Below are positions 32,891 to 41,551 of a DNA stretch of 64,000 bases, in pieces. The DNA comes from an uncultured Chloroflexia bacterium (lineage in GTDB: Bacteria; Chloroflexota; Limnocylindria; QHBO01). Numbering within the stretch: position 1 is the first letter of the stretch; every line of letters starts with the position of its first letter. The stretch covers positions 1,060,237 through 1,124,236 of the forward strand of contig CAWIPT010000007.1 in assembly GCA_963838125.1 (NCBI GenBank). The letters are read 5' to 3'. The translations under genes and the position numbers were made by a program. The notes beneath the pieces were generated by a model that saw only the letters and a list, made by a program, of their open reading frames with translations, was not told the DNA's origin and made no database searches.

Positions 32891-33388
32891 CTACGGTTCG
32901 GGGTCAGCGAGCCGGACGAGGAGCGTGCCGCGCGCGATCGTCTGGCCGGGCTCGACGGCAACGGCCAGCACCCTCCCGGCCCGTGGTGCGCGGATCTCGT
33001 TCTGCATCTTCATCGCCTCGATCGTGATCAGTGGCTCACCGGAGGCCACCACCTGGCCGGGCTCGACCAGGACGTGGACGACGAGTCCGGGGAGCGTGGC
33101 CAGGACGTCGGCCGGGCCGCGCCGCGGGCCGGCCAGCGAGGCGGAAGCCGCCAGCAGCTGATCTCGGCGGCTGCGGACGGTGACCACGATCCGGCGCCCG
33201 CGGATGGTGGCCACCCACTCGCTTGGACCGCCCTCCATCGCCACCAGCTCACGTACTTCTCCACGGCGAAGGACGGCGACCCCATGCTCGCGGTCGACCC
33301 AGGTCAGGGACGAGTCGACCGTCTCGGGCACCGGTTCGCCATTGACCAGCAGCTCGGCCCCGTCGGTCACCGGTCGATCCTCCCTCAC
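32891..33388 (-). CDS. biotin carboxyl carrier protein (biotin/lipoyl attachment domain)
   Basis: biotinyl-lysine motif EAMKMQNEI in the C-terminal half. Confidence 0.75.
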   Translation of the reverse strand: MREDRPVTDGAELLVNGEPVPETVDSSLTWVDREHGVAVLRRGEVRELVAMEGGPSEWVATIRGRRIVVTVRSRRDQLLAASASLAGPRRGPADVLATLPGLVVHVLVEPGQVVASGEPLITIEAMKMQNEIRAPRAGRVLAVAVEPGQTIARGTLLVRLADPEP

Positions 33389-34941
33389 TCCTCAGTCGCC
33401 GGGCGGGCTGAAGGCCCGCGGTCGACCGCTTCCAGCCGCGCCGCCCGGCTCCACGGTCGATCCCCGTCGATGGCGAGGCGGGTCGGGGGTGCCGGCGACC
33501 CCAGCCCCCGGGTCGGCCTGGGCTCCCTCCCCTCGGCTCGAGCCACGCTGATGGCCGCGGCGGCGTCCAGCCGGTCCCGATCCTCGAGCGCTGGCCCGCC
33601 TTCCCAGGCGGTGGCGACCAGGCTGGTGTCGTACCGGCCGTCACGGAACTGGGGTTGGTCCACGAGCCATCGATGGAAGCCCAGGGTCGTGGGCAGCCCG
33701 CCGACCACCGTCTCGTCCAGCGCCCGGCGGAGCCGCGCGACGGCCATCGCACGGTCGGCCCCGTGGACCATGAGCTTGGCGAGGAGTGGGTCGTAGGCCG
33801 TGGGCAGGTCCATGTCGGCCTCGACCCCGGCGTCGATCCGGATGCCGGGACCCGCCGGCAGGTGCCAGGCCCCGATCCGCCCGCTCACCGCCCCGAAGCT
33901 GTCCCATGGGTCCTCGGCGTAGATCCGGACCTGGATGGCGTGCCCGCGTGGCTCGGACGACAGGACGTCCGGGGGTAGCGACTCGCCCGCCGCCACCCGC
34001 AGCTGCCAGGCGACGAGGTCGATCCCGGTGACCAGCTCGGTGACCCCGTGCTCCACCTGGAGCCTGGTGTTCATTTCGAGGAACCATCGCTGCTCGTTGA
34101 GGTCCACGAGGAACTCGACCGTCGCCGCGTTGTGGAAGGACACCGCCATCGCGATCCGTTTCGCGTCGTCGGCGAGACCCGCCCGCGTCTCCGGCGACAG
34201 ATGTGGCGCCGGCGATTCCTCGACCAGCTTCTGGTGGCGCCGTTGGATCGAGCAGTCGCGTTCTCCGAGCGCCGCCAGTCCGCCTGACCGGTCACCGAGC
34301 AGCTGGACCTCGACGTGCCGCGCCCCGACGATCAGCTTCTCGACGTAGACCGTCCCGTCGCCGAATGCGCCGGCCGCTTCCCGTCGGGCGTCGTCCAGCG
34401 CCGCGTCCAGCTGGTCTGCCGCATCCACCCGTCGCACCCCGCGCCCGCCGCCGCCGGCAGCGGCCTTCACCAGCAGCGGATACCCCAGGGCGTCCAGCTC
34501 GGCGGGACGCGCGTCCTCCGCCGCAACCAGGAGTCCCGGCGTCACCGCCACCCCGGCGTCCACCGCGGTGCGTCGCGCCGCAAGCTTGTTGCCAAGCCGC
34601 TCCATCGTTTCCGCCGGCGGCCCGACGAAGACAAGCCCGGCCGACTCCACCGCTCGGGCGAACGCCGCGCTCTCGCTGAGAAAGCCATACCCCGGATGGA
34701 TGGCCTCGGCACCCGTCTGACGGGCGGCGTCGAGGATCGCCTCGGTAGCGAGGTACGACTGCGCCGGCGGCGCCGGACCGATTCGCACTGCCACGTCGGC
34801 GGCCCGGACGTGCAGCGCGTCGTCATCCGCGTCGGAGTAGACCGCCACCGACTCCACGCCCAGCTCGCGGCAGGCGCGGATGACCCGGATCGCGATCTCG
34901 CCGCGGTTGGCGACCAGGATCCGTCGGAAGGGCGGGGTCAC
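33385..34941 (-). CDS. biotin carboxylase subunit of an acyl-CoA (propionyl-CoA) carboxylase
   Basis: ILVANRGEIAIRVIRA, ATP-grasp and BC C-terminal domains; 518 aa; GTG start. Confidence 0.9.
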   Translation of the reverse strand: MTPPFRRILVANRGEIAIRVIRACRELGVESVAVYSDADDDALHVRAADVAVRIGPAPPAQSYLATEAILDAARQTGAEAIHPGYGFLSESAAFARAVESAGLVFVGPPAETMERLGNKLAARRTAVDAGVAVTPGLLVAAEDARPAELDALGYPLLVKAAAGGGGRGVRRVDAADQLDAALDDARREAAGAFGDGTVYVEKLIVGARHVEVQLLGDRSGGLAALGERDCSIQRRHQKLVEESPAPHLSPETRAGLADDAKRIAMAVSFHNAATVEFLVDLNEQRWFLEMNTRLQVEHGVTELVTGIDLVAWQLRVAAGESLPPDVLSSEPRGHAIQVRIYAEDPWDSFGAVSGRIGAWHLPAGPGIRIDAGVEADMDLPTAYDPLLAKLMVHGADRAMAVARLRRALDETVVGGLPTTLGFHRWLVDQPQFRDGRYDTSLVATAWEGGPALEDRDRLDAAAAISVARAEGREPRPTRGLGSPAPPTRLAIDGDRPWSRAARLEAVDRGPSARPATEE

Positions 34942-34942
34942 T

Positions 34943-34958
34943 GTCTTTGCGCAAAGAC
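34943..34958. promoter_or_regulatory. perfect 16-bp palindrome GTCTTTGCGCAAAGAC abutting the biotin carboxylase start codon (candidate operator)
   Basis: read directly from the sequence; lies in the 31-nt gap between the pccB stop and the BC GTG start; a near-copy is at 36655-36670. Confidence 0.55.
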
Positions 34959-34972
34959 GCGCGGCATGCGCG

Positions 34973-36524
34973 TCAGAGCGGAATGTTGCCGTGCTTGCGG
35001 CGGGGGCCCGGTTGTCGCTTGCCGTCGAGCACCGCGAACGCGCCGACGACGCGGCCGCGCGTCTCGGACGGCAGGATCACCTCGTCGATGTACCCCCGCC
35101 CCGCGGCGACATACGGATTGGCAAACCGATCCTCGTACTCGGCGACCAGCGTCGACCGTTCCGCGTCCGGGTCCGCCGCGTCGGCGATCCGATCCTTGAA
35201 GACGATGTTCACCGCACCCTCGACACCCATGACCGCGATCTCTGCCGTCGGCCAGGCAAAGTTCAGATCGCCGCGGATGTGCTTGCTGCTCATGACGTCA
35301 TAGGCTCCGCCGTATGCCTTGCGGGTGATGACCGTCACTTTCGGTACCGTCGCCTCGGCATACGCGTACAGCAGCTTGGCGCCGTGTCGAATGATCCCGC
35401 GATGCTCCTGGTCTACTCCCGGCAGGAACCCCGGCACGTCGACCAGTGTCAGCAGCGGAACGTTGAAGCAGTCACAGGTCCGGACGAATCGCGCCGCCTT
35501 GTCGGAAGCATCGATGTCGAGGACGCCGGCCAACACGTCAGGCTGCTGCGCCACGACCCCAACCGCGCGACCCTCGATACGTGCGAACCCGCAGATGATG
35601 TTCCGCGCAAAACCGGCGTGCACCTCCAGAAACGAATCGGCGTCGACGATGCCGCCAATGACCTGGTGCATGTCGTAGGACTGCTGCGGCGAATCCGGAA
35701 TGACGGCATCCATTTCGTCGCCCGCCAATGCTGGCGCGGACCACTCGTCCACGCGCGCCACGGGATCGATGTTGTTCTGCGGCAGATATGCCGAGCAGCC
35801 GACGGACGAGCAGCAACGCCGCCGACTCGGATTCGGCGAGGAACTGCGCGACTCCGCTGACCTCGTTGTGGACGCGAGCGCCGCCGAGGCCCTCGAAGTC
35901 GATCTCCTCGTGGGTCACCGTCTTCACGACGTTCGGCCCGGTGACGAACATGTAGCTCGACCCATCGACCATCACCGTGAAATCAGTGATCGCCGGCGAG
36001 TAGACCGCGCCGCCGGCGCATGGACCGAGGATGACCGACAGCTGCGGCACGACGCCCGACGCCAGCGTGTTGCGCAGGAAAATCTCGGCGTACCCGCCCA
36101 GCGAATCGACCCCCTCCTGGATCCGGGCCCCGCCAGAATCGGCCAGACCGATGATCGGTGCACCGCTGGCCACCGCCAGGTCCATCACCTTGCAGATCTT
36201 CTCGGCATGCGCTTCCGACAGCGATCCGCCAAACACGGTGAAGTCCTGGGCGTAGACGAACACGATGCGACCGTCGATGGTTCCCCATCCGGTGACGACC
36301 CCATCGCCGAGGTATCGCTCGTCTTCCAGCCCGAACTCGGTCGTCCGATGGGTCACGAACGCATCCAGCTCCACGAACGAACCGTCGTCGAGCAGGATTT
36401 CCAGCCGCTCGCGAGCCGTCAGCTTGCCCCGGGCATGCTGCTGAGCCACACGGTCCTCACCGCCGCCCTGCCGCGCAGCGGTGCGGAGTTCTTCGAGGTG
36501 CCGGGCCTTGTCGGAAGTCGACAC
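34973..36524 (-). CDS. pccB: propionyl-CoA carboxylase beta chain / carboxyltransferase with a frame discontinuity near 35800-35810
   Basis: N-terminal half in ORF 35538..36524 ([22 protein letters not shown]). C-terminal half in ORF 34973..35761 ([26 protein letters not shown]). The second frame reads [10 protein letters not shown] just upstream of its listed start. Confidence 0.85.
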
Positions 36525-36543
36525 CGATCCTCCAAACGGGATG

Positions 36544-36616
36544 TGGGCCCAGCAGGGATCGAACCTGCGACCAGCCGGTTATGAGCCGGATGCTCTGACC
36601 ACTGAGCTATGGGCCC
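36544..36616 (-). tRNA. tRNA-Met (anticodon CAU)
   Basis: RC gives GGGCCCATAGCTCAGTGGTCAGAGCATCCGGCTCATAACCGGCTGGTCGCAGGTTCGATCCCTGCTGGGCCCA; anticodon loop CTCATAA; CCA not encoded. Confidence 0.9.
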
Positions 36617-36654
36617 GGGGGCTGGGCGGTGGACAACTCCGAGTATACGGGCTC

Positions 36655-36670
36655 GTCTTTGCACAAAGAC
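36655..36670. promoter_or_regulatory. near-perfect palindrome GTCTTTGCACAAAGAC (one central mismatch) between tRNA-Met/pccB and the divergent parA
   Basis: second copy of the 34943-34958 motif; 7-bp arms GTCTTTG/CAAAGAC. Confidence 0.5.
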
Positions 36671-36751
36671 ATCGACAGTCCTGGACGTTGTGGATAACCC
36701 GGGTGACCTCGGACCGGTGCCCTGCCTATCATCGACAACGGATCGCAGTTC

Positions 36752-37561
36752 GTGATTCAGCAGCCCACAACCAGTCCGCGGAAGGTGTTTGCCTTGACCA
36801 AAGTGATCTCGCTGGCGAATCAGAAAGGCGGAGTCGGCAAGACGACGTGCACCATCAACCTCGGCGGCGCGCTGGCCGAGCTCGGGTACCGCGTCCTGTG
36901 CATCGACATGGATCCACAGGCCAACTTGACCGTCGGGCTGGGTATCTCCCTGGCTGACGTCCATCGATCCATGGCGGATGTCCTGAACGAGGACCGCCTG
37001 TCCTTGGACGAGGTCATCATGGAGACGAGGGTCCCCGGCATGTCGGTCGCCCCCGCGACACTTGAGCTTGCCTCGACCGAGGTGGAGCTGTTCACGGTCA
37101 TCGGTCGGGAGATGGTTCTCCGCGATGCCATCTCGGGATCGGCCGATCGGCGCTACGACGTGGTCCTCATCGACTGCCCGCCGACCCTCGGGCTGCTGAC
37201 CATCAACTCGCTGGTCGCCTCGTCACGGGTGATCATCCCGGTCCAGACCCAGTTCTACGCGATCAAGGGCCTCACCGCCCTGATCAAGGTCATCAACACC
37301 ATCCGCCTCAAGCTGAACCACGACCTGGAGATCCTCGGCCTGCTGCCGACGTTCTACGACGGCCGCACCATCCTGGCTCGCGAGATGCTCGAGAACCTGC
37401 GCGAGCTCGGGGACCATCGGGTCTTCAACACCATGATCAAGAACACCGTGAAGCTCGGCGAGGCCCCGCTCACCGGCCGACCGGTGACCGAGTACGCGCC
37501 CAGCTCGGCGGCAGCCCACGCATTTCGCGATCTCGCCCGGGAGGTGATCGAGCTTGGCTAG
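36752..37561 (+). CDS. parA: chromosome partitioning ATPase ParA/Soj
   Basis: deviant Walker A NQKGGVGKTT; listed start is GTG and the true start is uncertain (alternative TTG/GTG downstream). Confidence 0.9.
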   Translation: MIQQPTTSPRKVFALTKVISLANQKGGVGKTTCTINLGGALAELGYRVLCIDMDPQANLTVGLGISLADVHRSMADVLNEDRLSLDEVIMETRVPGMSVAPATLELASTEVELFTVIGREMVLRDAISGSADRRYDVVLIDCPPTLGLLTINSLVASSRVIIPVQTQFYAIKGLTALIKVINTIRLKLNHDLEILGLLPTFYDGRTILAREMLENLRELGDHRVFNTMIKNTVKLGEAPLTGRPVTEYAPSSAAAHAFRDLAREVIELG

Positions 37562-38522
37562 GACACCGGTCTTCAAGGACAACATCGCCCGCCTCTTCGA
37601 CGAGGCGGCCGCCACCGAGCTGACTCCGGGCATCGTCTCGCTCATCGAGTCGAAGGGGACGCCGGCCCAGATCCGGGAGATCCCGGTGACCCGGATCCTG
37701 CCCAACCCGGCTCAGCCGCGCCTGAGCTACGAGGAGGACTCGCTGACCGAGCTGGCGGAGTCGATCCGCGAGCACGGCGTGCTGCAGGCCATCCTCGTCC
37801 GCCCGGCCGGTTCGCAGTTCGAGCTCATCGCCGGCGAACGCCGGTGGCGGGCATCACGCCTGGCCGGACTGTCCACCATCCCGGCCGTGGTCCTCGACTT
37901 CGACGAGGAGACCGCGCTCGAGGTCTCGATCATCGAGAACCTCCAGCGCGAGGACGTCTCCCCGCTCGAGGAGGCGGCGATGTATCGCAAGATGCTCGCC
38001 CTCGGCTACTCCGTCCGCCAGCTGGCGGCCAAGATCGGCAAGGACAAGGGCTACGTGGAGAACCGGCTGCGCCTGACCGATGCGCCGCCCGAGGTCCGCG
38101 AGCTGGTGGCGGGGCGGAAGGACACCATCAGCCACGCCTACGAGCTGATGAAGGTGACCGATGAGAAGACGCGAAGGAAGCTCGCCAAGCGGGTCGCCGC
38201 CGGTGAGCTGACCCTGGCCAAGCTCCGCCGGTTGACCGGCACCCGGGAGCCGAAAGAGAAGGAACCGGTCGCGCGACCGAAGCGCCGAGGGCGCACGGCA
38301 GCCGGGGTCGCGGTGGCGGCTCGGAACACCGATGACGCGCTGATGGACCTCAAGGGCCGGATGGCAACCGTGGTGGACGAGCTGGCCGATCTCCTCCGCC
38401 AGCGGGAGGTCATCGACCAGATCCCGGCCACCAACCGGGACAACCTGGCCAAGTACCTGACCATCACCAAGCTCAAGCTCGAGAACGCGATCGCCATCGT
38501 CCGCGCCACGCGCGAGGAGTAG
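37554..38522 (+). CDS. parB: chromosome partitioning protein ParB/Spo0J
   Basis: ParB box GERRWRASRLAGL, HTH, C-terminal dimerisation region; overlaps parA by 8 nt. Confidence 0.9.
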   Translation: MARTPVFKDNIARLFDEAAATELTPGIVSLIESKGTPAQIREIPVTRILPNPAQPRLSYEEDSLTELAESIREHGVLQAILVRPAGSQFELIAGERRWRASRLAGLSTIPAVVLDFDEETALEVSIIENLQREDVSPLEEAAMYRKMLALGYSVRQLAAKIGKDKGYVENRLRLTDAPPEVRELVAGRKDTISHAYELMKVTDEKTRRKLAKRVAAGELTLAKLRRLTGTREPKEKEPVARPKRRGRTAAGVAVAARNTDDALMDLKGRMATVVDELADLLRQREVIDQIPATNRDNLAKYLTITKLKLENAIAIVRATREE

Positions 38523-38548
38523 CGCCCCGGCGCCGCCGCGCCTCGCTG

Positions 38549-38567
38549 GGCCTACGGCGTGTAGGCC
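38549..38567. terminator. 7-bp stem / 5-nt loop hairpin (GGCCTAC ggcgt GTAGGCC) between convergent parB and a hypothetical gene
   Basis: inverted repeat overlaps the TAG stop of the minus-strand gene; possible bidirectional terminator; no U-tract. Confidence 0.3.
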
Positions 38568-38908
38568 ATCACCTCGCGGCCGTTGACCAGGAAGTCGACG
38601 AGCTTGGCGCGCGCATCGGGATCGGTCCTGCGCAGGCCGGCGACGGCCTTGGGCAACTCGAAGATGGGGGCGGCCAGGTCACCGGCGGTATCGATCCCGA
38701 CCACGTGATCCGGCCCACCGCCGACGAGGAAGACGCGCTGGAATCCGCGGGCGTCGAGGCCCGCGGCCCCCATGAAGGCGGCGATCGCAGTCCCCACCCC
38801 CCGGCGCTTGGCAAAGTCCATGAACAGGTCGGCGGCCCAGGTGTCGAGCTGGTCATCGGACTGGTCCGAGACCATGTCGCGGTAGGCCTTCGCCTCGGTC
38901 AGGTCCAT
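38552..38908 (-). CDS. hypothetical protein (118 aa)
   Basis: ORF with coding-like composition; no family recognised with confidence. Confidence 0.5.
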   Translation of the reverse strand: MDLTEAKAYRDMVSDQSDDQLDTWAADLFMDFAKRRGVGTAIAAFMGAAGLDARGFQRVFLVGGGPDHVVGIDTAGDLAAPIFELPKAVAGLRRTDPDARAKLVDFLVNGREVMAYTP

Positions 38909-38969
38909 GGGGCCTCCATCGGTCGGTGCGGGCGGATTCTAGCCGGACGCCGCTGCTATCCTCGGCCAC

Positions 38970-39530
38970 ATGCTGTCCCGCCACAGCGACCCGCGCACCG
39001 AAGACGTCATCTCCTACGACCTCGTCCGGACCGGGCCCGACGGCGAGGTGGTCGTGGGCTCGGCCACATTCGAGGGCGGTCGCTCCCGGGTCGACGGGCC
39101 GGAGAACGTGACCGTCGCGGTCGAGGAGCAGCTCGCCCAGCCGTTCGTCGATCGGGTCCGGGCGGATGAGCGGCCGCGCGGCTACCGCCGATCGGGCCAG
39201 GGGCAGGTCGACCGCCTCGTGCCGGGCATGGCCGAGCACTTCGTGGCCCGCATGCGTGGCCTGTGGCTGGCCTTCCCCGACGGGACGGTGGTCACCGCCC
39301 GCGAGGGCCGGATCCGGCCGGCCGCGGCCCCACCGTCAACGTCGCCGTCGCCCGAGGCCACGGAAGCCGGCCCGCCGGTGGTCGACCCCTCCGTGCGGCG
39401 CTCGACCCTGGAGCGGGCCGACAACGCGGTCAGCGCCCGGGCCCTGGTCCGGGCCGCCGATCCCGACGCCGGCACGCGGCCGGCCGGCACGGTGGCCCTG
39501 CGCCGGACCGACTGCGGATGGATCGTATGA
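38970..39530 (+). CDS. hypothetical protein (186 aa)
   Basis: ORF only; no recognisable motifs. Confidence 0.4.
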   Translation: MLSRHSDPRTEDVISYDLVRTGPDGEVVVGSATFEGGRSRVDGPENVTVAVEEQLAQPFVDRVRADERPRGYRRSGQGQVDRLVPGMAEHFVARMRGLWLAFPDGTVVTAREGRIRPAAAPPSTSPSPEATEAGPPVVDPSVRRSTLERADNAVSARALVRAADPDAGTRPAGTVALRRTDCGWIV

Positions 39531-39574
39531 GCCGGCCCGTGGGCGGGCGGGCCGATCGGTAAGATGGCCCCGTC

Positions 39575-39790
39575 ATGAGGTTGGCTCGCTACCTGTTCTT
39601 CCCGGTGCTGGTGTTCATCACCGCCGCGGTGTACTACGCCTTCAGCGAGCCCCAGGACCTGGCGGGCGCCACGATGCTCGTCTTCTTCGGGGGGGCAATG
39701 ACCTTCTTCATGTGGATCCTGGTCCCGACGTTCGACCACGAGGGAACCACCGCCCCCATCGACCCGGACTTCGAGCTGCCCGAGGACTGA
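39575..39790 (+). CDS. small two-TM membrane protein (71 aa)
   Basis: hydrophobic segments LFFPVLVFITAAVYYAF and TMLVFFGGAMTFFMWILV; acidic C-terminus. Confidence 0.45.
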   Translation: MRLARYLFFPVLVFITAAVYYAFSEPQDLAGATMLVFFGGAMTFFMWILVPTFDHEGTTAPIDPDFELPED

Positions 39791-39793
39791 TCC

Positions 39794-40450
39794 TCAGCGG
39801 ATCCCGGTGTCGTAGCTGACGGTCAACTCCGGAATCAGCATCCCCCACTCCACGGAGAACTCGATCGGCTCGGGGGTGCCCATCAGCCCTTCGACTGGCT
39901 GCGGTTCGAGGCGGTAGGCGCCGGGCGCCAGGGCGATGGCAAAGTCGCCCTCCGCATCGCTCGTTGCCCGGTCGACCTCGGTCCCGTCCAGGGTGGTGAC
40001 CACCAGCACGGCGCCCTCCACCGGCCGTTCCGCACAGCTCGGGTCAGGCGGGTCGGTGACCACCGGACAGGTCGGCCCGGCCACCACCGTTCCCCGCAGG
40101 CCAGTGTCGGTGGGCAGCGGCGCCCCGGACTCGTCCGCCAGGGTCACCTCGCCCATGGGCGAGACGGTGTAGGTCCACGTGTGCTCGCTGATGCAGCCCG
40201 CGGGACAGTCTCCCCAGCCGATGCGGATGACGACCTCCCAGCCCTCTTCGGTCTCGGTCACTTCCGACCAGGCTGCCTGACCGAGGAGGTCCGGGTCGCG
40301 GGGCTCGATCCCGGCAAACCTCGGATCCTGGGCCAGCACGAGGGCCATGGCTTCCTCCGCGCTGATCGGGGTGGCGGCCGGGCTGGGCACGCAGGCGGCC
40401 AGCAGCAGGAGCGATGTCGCGGCGACGACCGGAACGGGGCGGCTCATGAC
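39794..40450 (-). CDS. lipoprotein with a carboxypeptidase-regulatory-like beta-sandwich domain
   Basis: start at Met 38 of the ORF; signal peptide with lipobox LLAAC; SDAEGDFAIALAPGAYRL motif typical of CarboxypepD_reg-like domains. Confidence 0.6.
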   Translation of the reverse strand, partial: VMSRPVPVVAATSLLLLAACVPSPAATPISAEEAMALVLAQDPRFAGIEPRDPDLLGQAAWSEVTETEEGWEVVIRIGWGDCPAGCISEHTWTYTVSPMGEVTLADESGAPLPTDTGLRGTVVAGPTCPVVTDPPDPSCAERPVEGAVLVVTTLDGTEVDRATSDAEGDFAIALAPGAYRLEPQPVEGLMGTPEPIEFSVEWGMLIPELTVSYDTGIR

Positions 40451-40488
40451 ACCCTGACGCCGGGCGCCGGGCACGGGTTCCTGGACAT

Positions 40489-41409
40489 TCACCACGGGAG
40501 CACCTGGCGAAGCGCGAAGAGCAGGTTGGCCGGCCGCTCGGCAAGGCGGCGGACATACCACGGATACCAGTATTCGCCGTACGCGATGAGGACCCGGACC
40601 CGGTATCCCTCGTCCCGTAGCCGGCGCTGCTGGTCGACCCGGATCCCATACAGCATCTGCACCTCGAACGCCCCGCGGCCGGCGCCCATGTCTGCGCCGG
40701 CCCGGGCGATCTCCTCCACCAGCTCCACGTCGTGGGTGGCCAGGCCCAGGGTCATCCGTCCGGCAGCGGCATCGGCGAGCATCCCGATGGACAGGTCCCG
40801 GTACGCCCCGCTGACATCGGACTTGGACCGGTACGCCAGCTCCGCGGGCTCGTTGTAGGCGCCCTTGACCAGTCGAATCGACGCCCGGAGCGGGCGGAGC
40901 CGCTCGATGTCCTGCGGGGTCCGGCGCAGGTATGCCTGGATGCAGACGCCGATCCCCGGCTGGGGCGCGAGCAGGCGCTCGTAGATATCGAGCGTCCGAT
41001 CGACGTAGGACGAGTCCTCCATGTCGATCCAGAACCGCCCGCCGGCCTCGCGCGTGTGCCGAGCCACGCCCAACGCGTGCTGGAAGGTCGCCTCGGGGTC
41101 GAGATCCAGGCCCAGCTGGGTGAGCTTGGGCGACACGTCGGGTCGCAGCCCCCAGCGCGCGAACCGGTGGATGAGCTCGTGGTAGTGGGCGGCGACCTCG
41201 GCTGCCTGGCTGAGATCGGTCAGGTTCTCACCCAGGTGGGTGAGGATGGATGGGATGCCCTTCGCCTGGAGAGCGCCGGCGGCGCGGAGCGCATCGTCCA
41301 TGTCCTCGCCGGGCATGAAGCGCCGCACCGCGCGTCGCGCGCCGGGAAGGCGAGGGATATGAACGCGCAGCCACTCGTTACGGGCACACCACAGCAGGAA
41401 TCGACGCAC
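40489..41409 (-). CDS. proline dehydrogenase
   Basis: 306 aa; Pro_dh family conserved C-terminus YGEYWYPWYVRRLAERPANLLF and LVKGAY motif. Confidence 0.85.
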   Translation of the reverse strand: MRRFLLWCARNEWLRVHIPRLPGARRAVRRFMPGEDMDDALRAAGALQAKGIPSILTHLGENLTDLSQAAEVAAHYHELIHRFARWGLRPDVSPKLTQLGLDLDPEATFQHALGVARHTREAGGRFWIDMEDSSYVDRTLDIYERLLAPQPGIGVCIQAYLRRTPQDIERLRPLRASIRLVKGAYNEPAELAYRSKSDVSGAYRDLSIGMLADAAAGRMTLGLATHDVELVEEIARAGADMGAGRGAFEVQMLYGIRVDQQRRLRDEGYRVRVLIAYGEYWYPWYVRRLAERPANLLFALRQVLPW

Positions 41410-41551
41410 GGCTGGCCGATGGTAGCGCCGCGCCGGCAGCCTCCCGGCGTTTCCACGGCTCGGCTATTCCGGGTGTGTCGCGATCCACGGGTTGGACGGG
41501 CGGGCTGCGGCTCCGCCACGAGGACTAACGAGATCGAGTCTCAGATGATGT

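Noticed and set aside
38552-38908. Possible SCP2-like or mycothiol-isomerase-like assignment for the 118-aa hypothetical protein
   Set aside because: Motif resemblance was too weak to name a family; kept as hypothetical.
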